A stretch of DNA of 64,000 nucleotides, taken from assembly GCA_902524595.1 (NCBI GenBank), contig CABZDS010000002.1, forward strand, positions 2,793 to 66,792, given 5' to 3'. Below are positions 10,962 through 20,754 of this stretch, one piece after another. The notes under the pieces are model-generated. The model was not told where the DNA came from. It saw only the letters and a program-made list of their open reading frames with translations, and searched no databases. Numbering within the stretch: position 1 is the stretch's first letter; the number at the start of each line of letters is the position of its first letter. Source of the stretch: an uncultured Pelagibacteraceae bacterium (GTDB taxonomy: Bacteria > Pseudomonadota > Alphaproteobacteria > Pelagibacterales > Pelagibacteraceae). The translations under genes and the position numbers were made by a program.

Positions 10962-11807
10962 TTACTTTACGAAATTACCATTATGGTAATCATCAATTGC
11001 TTGGAGTATTTCTTGTTTGGTATTCATGACGAATGGGCCACCTCTTGCAATCTGTTCTCCTATCGGTTTTCCAGATATTAGTAAAAATTTAGCGTTTGTT
11101 AAAGCAGTTACTTTTAAGTTTTCACCTTTAGATAATAATATTAATGTAGAGTCTTTAACACTTTCATGTTTATTTTTTCCAATTTCTATCTCACCTTTAA
11201 TTAAATATATGAATGAATTATGTTTGGATGGAACTTGATGATTAAAAATTTTACTTTCATTTAATTCTACATCAAAATAAATTGGATCGACATTGTGTTT
11301 TTTTATTGGACCTTCTGAATTTTCAAATTTTCCAGCTATTACTTTTATAAATTTATCTTTGTCCTTATGTGTGCTCATTTTATCAGAGTCTATATAATGG
11401 TATTCTGGTTTGCTCATTTTTTCGTTGGCAGGCATATTAATCCATAATTGAAAACCATGAAGTTTTCCATCATTCATAGCTGGCATTTCAGAATGAATTA
11501 TTCCACTGCCAGTTTTCATCCACTGTACATCTCCTGCAGTCATTTTTCCTTGACCACCTGTACTATCTTTATGTTCAAAACTCCCAGCTAACATGTATGT
11601 AACTGTTTCAATTCCTCTGTGTGGATGAGGAGGAAAGCCTGCAATATAATCATCTTTATTTTCTGATCCAAATTCATCTAACATTAAAAATGGATCATAA
11701 TAATTTGGTTCAACACCAATACTTCTTTTTAATTTAACTCCTGCACCATCTGATGCCGGTGTTGGATCTATAATTTTTTCAACTTCTATATTTGTCATGT
11801 CTTTCAT
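10962..11807 (-). CDS. Pirin family protein
   Basis: DPFLMLDEF, GFPPHPHRGIETVTY, GIIHSE, QLWINMP, GPFVMN. Confidence 0.95.
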   Translation of the reverse strand: MKDMTNIEVEKIIDPTPASDGAGVKLKRSIGVEPNYYDPFLMLDEFGSENKDDYIAGFPPHPHRGIETVTYMLAGSFEHKDSTGGQGKMTAGDVQWMKTGSGIIHSEMPAMNDGKLHGFQLWINMPANEKMSKPEYHYIDSDKMSTHKDKDKFIKVIAGKFENSEGPIKKHNVDPIYFDVELNESKIFNHQVPSKHNSFIYLIKGEIEIGKNKHESVKDSTLILLSKGENLKVTALTNAKFLLISGKPIGEQIARGGPFVMNTKQEILQAIDDYHNGNFVK

Positions 11808-11818
11808 ATAGGATATAT

Positions 11819-12481
11819 CTAAATTAAATCAAGTAATTCTAATAAATTGCTTATTTGTTCGTTAGGTTCAAAATCTAATTTATCAAAAACATTATTATTT
11901 CTATTCACCCAAACTGTATTGAATCCATAATTCCCTGCACCAGAAACATCCCATGTATTTGTACTTAAGAATAAAACTTCATTTTTTTTAATATTATATT
12001 TATTAATTGGAAGATCGTATACTTTTGAATCTGGTTTAAAAATACCAACTTCTTCTACAGAAAATATATCATCAAAAATATCTTTTAATTGATTGCTAAC
12101 TACGAGTTCATCTAAAAGATCAGGTGTACCATTTGATAGAATCGCTAGTTTATAATTTGATTGTTTTAATTTTTTTAAAGCATCCCTTACTTCTGTAAAT
12201 GGTGAAAGCACTTTATATAAATTTAATAGTTCTGATCGCATTGAATTATCAATATTGTAAAAATTCATAGATTTATCCAAACTATCTTCAGTGATTTGCC
12301 AAAAATCTTTATGTCTTTTCATTAAACTTCTAAGCCAAGTGTATTCAAGCTGTGTAGTTCTCCAATAATTAGCAAATCCTTCCCATTTATCTCCTAATTT
12401 TTCCTTACATTTTTCAGCTGCAGAATTAACATCAAATAGGGTGCCGTATGCATCAAATATGATTGCTTTAATTTTTTTCAT
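11819..12481 (-). CDS. Haloacid dehalogenase type II
   Basis: FDAYGTLFDV, WRTTQLEYTW, ILSNG, FKPD, N.WDV.GA. Confidence 0.92.
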   Translation of the reverse strand: MKKIKAIIFDAYGTLFDVNSAAEKCKEKLGDKWEGFANYWRTTQLEYTWLRSLMKRHKDFWQITEDSLDKSMNFYNIDNSMRSELLNLYKVLSPFTEVRDALKKLKQSNYKLAILSNGTPDLLDELVVSNQLKDIFDDIFSVEEVGIFKPDSKVYDLPINKYNIKKNEVLFLSTNTWDVSGAGNYGFNTVWVNRNNNVFDKLDFEPNEQISNLLELLDLI

Positions 12482-12498
12482 AAATTAATTTAAATATA

Positions 12499-13197
12499 AT
12501 GAGCAATATTAGAATATTTTATCCAGAAAAATTATCAATTAATTTAGAAACTAATTTAACTAAGTCTCAGTCACATTATTTATTGAAAGTAATGAGGATT
12601 AAACAAGGAGAGACCTTTTCGGTTTTTAATAAATCTGGAGAATGGAAGTCAATTGTAACTGAAATTTCAAAAAGCAGCTTAAATTTCAAGGTTGTTGAAC
12701 AATTAAGACAAAAAGATAAAGAGCAAGAAATCTGGTTAGCCTTCTCACCCATTAAATCAAATTATTTTAACTTCATGATACAAAAAGCAACCGAGCTTGG
12801 AGTAACAAAATTTGTACCAATTATTTCTGAAAGGACAATTGTTAGAAAAATAAATTATGAGAGATTAAATAAAATAATTATAGAGTCGTGTGAGCAAAGT
12901 AATAGAATAAATATTCCTTCAATTGAAAAACCTCAATCATTAGATAAATTCCTGTCTAACAATTCAGATATCAATTTAATTTTTGGAGATTTAAATACGA
13001 ATAATAAAAAAATTAAAATTTCAAATTCAAAACCAAATTGTCTTTTAATTGGTCCTGAAGGGGATTATTCAGCCAGTGAAATTAAAAAGATTCTAAACTT
13101 TAAAGGGTCTCAATCGATAAAACTGAGTGATACCATTTTAAGGTCTGAAACTGCGGTTATATCCGCGTTATCTGTGATCAATTATTTGCAAAATTGA
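12499..13197 (+). CDS. rsmE: 16S rRNA m3U1498 methyltransferase
   Basis: HYLLKVMR, QKATELGV, EQSNR, IGPEGD, ILRSETA. Confidence 0.95.
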   Translation: MSNIRIFYPEKLSINLETNLTKSQSHYLLKVMRIKQGETFSVFNKSGEWKSIVTEISKSSLNFKVVEQLRQKDKEQEIWLAFSPIKSNYFNFMIQKATELGVTKFVPIISERTIVRKINYERLNKIIIESCEQSNRINIPSIEKPQSLDKFLSNNSDINLIFGDLNTNNKKIKISNSKPNCLLIGPEGDYSASEIKKILNFKGSQSIKLSDTILRSETAVISALSVINYLQN

Positions 13198-13256
13198 TAA
13201 ATTGTCGCGAATTCTCTAGTATTTTTTATAATATTTTCGATCTATATAGAAAACAA

Positions 13257-15706
<2,450 letters not shown>

Positions 15707-15732
15707 TAACGTCTTAAGATATAAAAATTAAA

Positions 15733-16641
15733 ATGGCTACGACGTATTCTAAAGTAAAAAAATCATATTACGAACTAGGTATTATTACTGAATTATTAAA
15801 GTTAATGAAACCAAGAGTAATGTCTCTTGTTATTTTCACATGTGCAGTTGGTCTATTAACAGCTCCTACTTCAGTTTCATTTCAACAATCAGTTATTGGA
15901 ATATTAATTGTAGCCTTTGGCGCTGGAGCAGCGGGAGCACTCAACATGTGGTATGAAGCTGATTTAGATAAATTAATGTCTAGAACGTGCTTACGTCCAA
16001 TTCCAAGAGGAAAGCTGAACAGGAATCAAGCATTATACTTTGGGACATCTCTGTCAGTTGTGTCAGTTGTAAGCTTATACTTTGTTACTAATGCTTTATC
16101 AGCATTTCTATTATTGTTTACGATATTATTTTACGTATTTGTTTATACAATCTGGTTAAAAAGAAAAACTCCACAAAATATTGTTATAGGTGGAGCATCA
16201 GGAGCTTTACCACCAGTAATTGGATGGGCAATAGCAACAAATTCTATTTCGTTGGAGTCGATTGCTTTTTTCTTAATAATTTTCTTTTGGACACCATCAC
16301 ACTTTTGGGCATTAAGCTTATACAAAGCTGATGATTATAAAAAAGCAGGTATTCCAATGCTTCCAGTAACTAATGGAATTCAGGATACTAAAAAGAATAT
16401 TCTAATTTATTCTTTGTTAATGATACCTACAATTGTTTTTCCATATTACATTGGATTTGTCGGTGAAGTATTCTTAACACTTAGCTTACTACTTACATTT
16501 TATTATAATTTAATTTGCTACCAGCTTTACAACTATAAAGTTGGAAAATTTAATATAAAGAAAGCTAGACATATTTTCAGCTATTCAATTATTTACTTAT
16601 TTTTAATATTTGTTTTTTTCTTAGTGGATAAAGTTTTATGA
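15733..16641 (+). CDS. cyoE: Protoheme IX farnesyltransferase
   Basis: LMKPRV, D..MSRT..RPIP, KRKTPQNIVIGG, WTPSHFWAL. Confidence 0.96.
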   Translation: MATTYSKVKKSYYELGIITELLKLMKPRVMSLVIFTCAVGLLTAPTSVSFQQSVIGILIVAFGAGAAGALNMWYEADLDKLMSRTCLRPIPRGKLNRNQALYFGTSLSVVSVVSLYFVTNALSAFLLLFTILFYVFVYTIWLKRKTPQNIVIGGASGALPPVIGWAIATNSISLESIAFFLIIFFWTPSHFWALSLYKADDYKKAGIPMLPVTNGIQDTKKNILIYSLLMIPTIVFPYYIGFVGEVFLTLSLLLTFYYNLICYQLYNYKVGKFNIKKARHIFSYSIIYLFLIFVFFLVDKVL

Positions 16642-16763
16642 TAGTCAAAGATCAAAAATTAAAAAAGAAAAATTTATGGACAGCAGTTGGTTTAGTTGCA
16701 TTTATAGTTTTATTATTCATTTTCACATTATTTAATATTGGAGTATTTGAAAGACCTCTATGA
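16638..16763 (+). CDS. 41-aa single-TM protein of the cox operon (CoxF-like; not in ORF track)
   Basis: MIVKDQKLKKKNLWTAVGLVAFIVLLFIFTLFNIGVFERPL; ATGA overlaps with both neighbours; basic stretch then TM helix. Confidence 0.8.
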   Translation: MIVKDQKLKKKNLWTAVGLVAFIVLLFIFTLFNIGVFERPL

Positions 16764-17308
16764 TTAAAAAAAATACTTTAACTCCACTAATTCTAGCAGG
16801 AATTTTTGTCTTTATGTTGGGATTATCTTTTGCAGCTGTGCCTTTATATGATTTATTTTGCAGAGTTACTGGCTTCGGTGGAACAACACAAATATCGAAA
16901 GAGGCTCCTAATATAGTTTTAGATAAAAAAATAAATGTAAGGTTAGATACCAACGTTAACAGTGCTCTTGATTGGAATTTTGATGTTGATCAAAAAACAA
17001 TGGATGTTCAGCCAGGCAAGGTATACAGAATTAAATTTGAAGTGGAAAACACAGGAGATGAAATTTCATCTGCTGTAGCTACATATAATGTTTCTCCATC
17101 ATCATTTGGAGCATATTTTAATAAATTAGGCTGTTTTTGCTTTGAAAAACAAACACTAGATCCAGGGGAAAAGGCAAGTTACACCCTAGTATTCTACTTA
17201 GATCCAGAATTAGTAAATGATCCAAAAACATCTAGAGTTGAAGATGTTACTATGTCATATACTTTTTTCTCATCTGAATATTATAAAAACGAAAAAAAAG
17301 AGAGTTAA
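16760..17308 (+). CDS. ctaG: Cytochrome c oxidase copper chaperone CtaG/Cox11
   Basis: VPLYDLFCRVTGFGGT, YFNKLGCFCF. Confidence 0.96.
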   Translation: MIKKNTLTPLILAGIFVFMLGLSFAAVPLYDLFCRVTGFGGTTQISKEAPNIVLDKKINVRLDTNVNSALDWNFDVDQKTMDVQPGKVYRIKFEVENTGDEISSAVATYNVSPSSFGAYFNKLGCFCFEKQTLDPGEKASYTLVFYLDPELVNDPKTSRVEDVTMSYTFFSSEYYKNEKKES

Positions 17309-17313
17309 AATAA

Positions 17314-18105
17314 ATGTCTGCATCTGGTCAAAAACATGATTATCATTTAGTTGACCCTAGTCCTTGGCCTCTAGCCACATCTATAGCAACACTAGTTACA
17401 GCTGTTGGATCTGTTTATTATTTTCACAGTAAAGTTATGTGGGCAATGGTTTTAGGTTTTTTACTTATAATTTATTGTGCCTTTATGTGGTTCAGAGATG
17501 TTGTAATCGAAGCTGAGCACAAAGGTCATCATACACCTGTTGTTCAAATTCATCATAGATATGGAATGACATTATTTATTGCTTCTGAAGTAATGTTTTT
17601 TGTTGCATGGTTTTGGGCATACTTTGATGCAAGTTTGTTTCCAAATGAATTCATGGGAAATGTATGGCCACCAAAAGATATTGAAACTTTTGATCCATGG
17701 GACATCCCACTTATAAATACTCTTGTCCTACTTTTATCTGGTACAACAGTAACTTGGGCACACCATTCTTTATTAGAGGATGATAGAAAAGGATTTATAA
17801 ATGGTCTAATCTGTACAGTAATTTTAGGAGCATTTTTTACGTTATTGCAAATATACGAATACCAACACGCTACATTTAGTTTTTCAGGTCATATTTATGG
17901 AGCTACATTCTATATGGCCACAGGGTTTCATGGTTTCCACGTTTTAGTTGGGACTATTTTTTTAGCGGTTTGCTTATGGAGAGGTAAATTAGGACATTTT
18001 ACTAAAGAACATCACTTTGGTTTCGAGGCTGCTGCTTGGTACTGGCACTTTGTTGACGTTGTCTGGTTATTCTTATTTGCAGCTATTTACATTTGGGGAA
18101 GTTAA
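17314..18105 (+). CDS. coxC: Cytochrome c oxidase subunit III
   Basis: HLVDPSPWP, FIASEVMFF, TGFHGFHV, WYWHFVDVVW. Confidence 0.98.
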   Translation: MSASGQKHDYHLVDPSPWPLATSIATLVTAVGSVYYFHSKVMWAMVLGFLLIIYCAFMWFRDVVIEAEHKGHHTPVVQIHHRYGMTLFIASEVMFFVAWFWAYFDASLFPNEFMGNVWPPKDIETFDPWDIPLINTLVLLLSGTTVTWAHHSLLEDDRKGFINGLICTVILGAFFTLLQIYEYQHATFSFSGHIYGATFYMATGFHGFHVLVGTIFLAVCLWRGKLGHFTKEHHFGFEAAAWYWHFVDVVWLFLFAAIYIWGS

Positions 18106-18111
18106 TAGTTC

Positions 18112-18765
18112 TTGAAAAATAAGCTATCTTTTTCAATTTTTGTATACTTTTTTATTTTAGTTTTTTTGGCATTAGGTACTTGGCAAATTATAAGACTAAA
18201 CTGGAAGCTTGATTTAATAAATTCAATCGACCAATCTTTAAAAAGTGATCCAGTAGAATTTAATGGAAGTAATCCAATTAACTTTAAAAAAATCAAATTT
18301 GAGGGAATATTAGATAATTCAAAAATAATTTATTTATATTCTTTAAATGAAAAAGGAGAGCCAGGATTTGACATTGTAAATCCAGTTAGTATTAACAATA
18401 GAAGCTATTTAATAAATCGGGGTTGGATTCCAAGAGATTTTAAATCTAAAAAGTATGTTTCAAATGAAAGTAAATTTGAGGGAGTTTTAAAATTAAAAAG
18501 CAAATTTAATTATTTCAAGCCAGATAATGACGTAAATAAGAATTATTGGTTTACGCTTAAAGATGAAGATTTATTGACCTATACAGGTAAAGAATTTTCT
18601 CCATTCATTATCAACAATATTAGCAAGCAGGAAGGAACTTATCCTCAGTCAAAACAAATTGGAGCCAATATTTCAAACAACCACTTAAAGTACGCTCTTA
18701 CATGGTTTTCATTAGCTGTTTCCATTTTTTTAATATATTTATATTTTAGAAAAAAAAATTACTGA
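18112..18765 (+). CDS. SURF1 family cytochrome oxidase assembly protein
   Basis: LGTWQ..RL.WK, LINRGWIP, NNHLKYALTWF; TTG start. Confidence 0.93.
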   Translation: MKNKLSFSIFVYFFILVFLALGTWQIIRLNWKLDLINSIDQSLKSDPVEFNGSNPINFKKIKFEGILDNSKIIYLYSLNEKGEPGFDIVNPVSINNRSYLINRGWIPRDFKSKKYVSNESKFEGVLKLKSKFNYFKPDNDVNKNYWFTLKDEDLLTYTGKEFSPFIINNISKQEGTYPQSKQIGANISNNHLKYALTWFSLAVSIFLIYLYFRKKNY

Positions 18766-20138
18766 TGGAATATATAAGCACTAGAAATAATTCAGATCAT
18801 TTTTCATTTAAAAACGTATTTCTGAAAGGCTTAGCTGATGATGGAGGCCTTTTTGTGCCAAAGTCAATCGAACCATTTAGTAAAGATGAACTAAACAAAC
18901 TAAGTAGTTTTAATTACAATGAACTAGCAGCCGAAATAATATTCCCATTTATCGGTGATTTTATGACTAAGGAAGAGTTAATTTCCACAGTATCAAAATC
19001 TTATTCAAATTTTAGAGCAGAAGATGTTGTAAAAATCTCTGATTTAGGAAATTTAAAAGTCTTAGAACTCTATCATGGCCCAACTCTAGCTTTTAAAGAT
19101 ATTGCAATGCAATTAATAGGAAATTTCTATCAATATCACTTAAGAAATGAGCAAAAAAAAATTAATATTATTGTAGCAACATCAGGAGACACAGGTGCAG
19201 CTGCTATTGATGCTTTAAAAGGCAAAAAGAATTTAAATGTTTTTGTATTACATCCAAATAACAGGATTTCACCAGTGCAAAGAAGACTGATGACAATCCA
19301 TGAAGAAAAAAATGTTTTCAATATTGCTATTGAGGGGAACTTTGATGACTGTCAAAATTTAGTTAAAGCCATGTTTAATGATGAAAAATTCTCTAGCTCA
19401 ATCAATATGTCAGGTGTTAATTCAATTAATTGGGCAAGAATTGTTGCTCAAGCTGTTTATTATTTTTATGCTTATTTTAAAATAAGCAATGGACAGCCTC
19501 TGTCTTTTTCCGTCCCGACTGGAAATTTTGGAGATATTTATGCTGGTTATTTAGCAAAGAAACTCGGTCTTCCAATTGATAAACTTATTGTAGCTACAAA
19601 CAAAAATGACATTCTTCATAGAGCAATTTCTGGTGGAGATTACACTCAAAAGAAAGTTGAAGAAACAAATACCCCAAGCATGGATATCCAGATAGCAAGT
19701 AACTTTGAAAGACTTTTATATGATGTAAAAGACTGTAACTCAGAAGTTACAAAAGATGTGATGAGTAAGATAAAAAATAATACTTATCAAATTGATAATA
19801 GTGACTTAGATGAAATAAAAAAGAATTTTACATCTGACATGTTAGATGAAAACGAAACTATCCAAATGATAAAGGATATAAATAAAGAATATAAAGTTGT
19901 AGTTGATCCACATACTGCAGTTGGAATAGGTGCTGCAAAAAAACTTGGGTTAGAGCAAAATTGTGTTGTTTTATCCACAGCACACCCCTGTAAATTTCCA
20001 AAAGCAATCGAAGATGCAATCTCAAAAACTGAAGAATTACCAGATAGTCTTAAATATGTTTATGATAGAGATGAAAAATTTGAGGTTATTTCAAATGATA
20101 TAAATAAAGTTAAAGAATACGTAATAAACTCAATATGA
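18765..20138 (+). CDS. thrC: Threonine synthase
   Basis: YISTR, GLADDGGL, ELYHGPTLAFKD, ATSGDTG, NSINWAR, VPTGNFG. Confidence 0.98.
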   Translation: MEYISTRNNSDHFSFKNVFLKGLADDGGLFVPKSIEPFSKDELNKLSSFNYNELAAEIIFPFIGDFMTKEELISTVSKSYSNFRAEDVVKISDLGNLKVLELYHGPTLAFKDIAMQLIGNFYQYHLRNEQKKINIIVATSGDTGAAAIDALKGKKNLNVFVLHPNNRISPVQRRLMTIHEEKNVFNIAIEGNFDDCQNLVKAMFNDEKFSSSINMSGVNSINWARIVAQAVYYFYAYFKISNGQPLSFSVPTGNFGDIYAGYLAKKLGLPIDKLIVATNKNDILHRAISGGDYTQKKVEETNTPSMDIQIASNFERLLYDVKDCNSEVTKDVMSKIKNNTYQIDNSDLDEIKKNFTSDMLDENETIQMIKDINKEYKVVVDPHTAVGIGAAKKLGLEQNCVVLSTAHPCKFPKAIEDAISKTEELPDSLKYVYDRDEKFEVISNDINKVKEYVINSI

Positions 20139-20620
20139 AATTAAAAATAAAAGATCAAATCCCAGATATAGAAATTTTTCATTTAGCAGATGGTGAACCA
20201 CAAACTAGCAAAATTAGAGATATTTTAGGAAATGGTAAGATAATTTTATTTGGATTACCTGGGGCCTTTACCTCAACTTGTTCAAAACTCCATCTACCTG
20301 GATATGTTGCTAATGCCGATAAAATAAAAGCCAAAGGAATAGATAATATATTTTGTTTATCTGTAAATGATCCTTTTGTTATGAATGCTTGGGGAGAAGC
20401 AAACAATGCAGCTGGTAAAATTACAATGTTATCAGATCCGTATCTATTATTTACAAAAGCCATCGGTGCTGAAGTAGATAGAAATTCAAAAGGAATGGGT
20501 ATTCGTTCAAATCGTTATGCAATGGTTATTGAAAACTTAGAAGTGATTAATGTTCAAGTTGAGAAAGAGACTAAGCAATGCGGTTTATCTTCTGCAGAAG
20601 GTGTTATAGATTTATTATAA
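20135..20620 (+). CDS. Peroxiredoxin (Prx5 subfamily)
   Basis: PGAFTSTCS..HLPG, SVNDPFVM.AW, RS.RYAM. Confidence 0.93.
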   Translation: MKLKIKDQIPDIEIFHLADGEPQTSKIRDILGNGKIILFGLPGAFTSTCSKLHLPGYVANADKIKAKGIDNIFCLSVNDPFVMNAWGEANNAAGKITMLSDPYLLFTKAIGAEVDRNSKGMGIRSNRYAMVIENLEVINVQVEKETKQCGLSSAEGVIDLL

Positions 20621-20625
20621 TTATT

Positions 20626-20651
20626 AGGGCAGTTCTGTTGCCAGGTGCCCC
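20626..20651 (+). repeat. Left att-core-like direct repeat
   Basis: AGGGCaGTTCTGTTGCCAGGTGCcCC; 24/26 identical to 24896-24921; perfect core 20632-20648. Confidence 0.9.
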
Positions 20652-20663
20652 GAACTTAGTAAC

Positions 20664-20679
20664 ATTATTCGCGAATAAT
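20664..20679. repeat. Perfect 16-bp palindrome between core and arm repeat
   Basis: ATTATTCG-CGAATAAT. Confidence 0.7.
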
Positions 20680-20709
20680 TTGAATTGAAAAACTGCAATT
20701 TTAACTAAA

Positions 20710-20736
20710 ATCCCGTACATATCCCGTACAAAATTT
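20710..20736 (+). repeat. Left arm-type tandem repeat
   Basis: ATCCCGTACA-T-ATCCCGTACA-AAATTT, 11-bp period, identical to 24831-24857. Confidence 0.9.
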
Positions 20737-20754
20737 TTGTGTTATCTTAATAAA

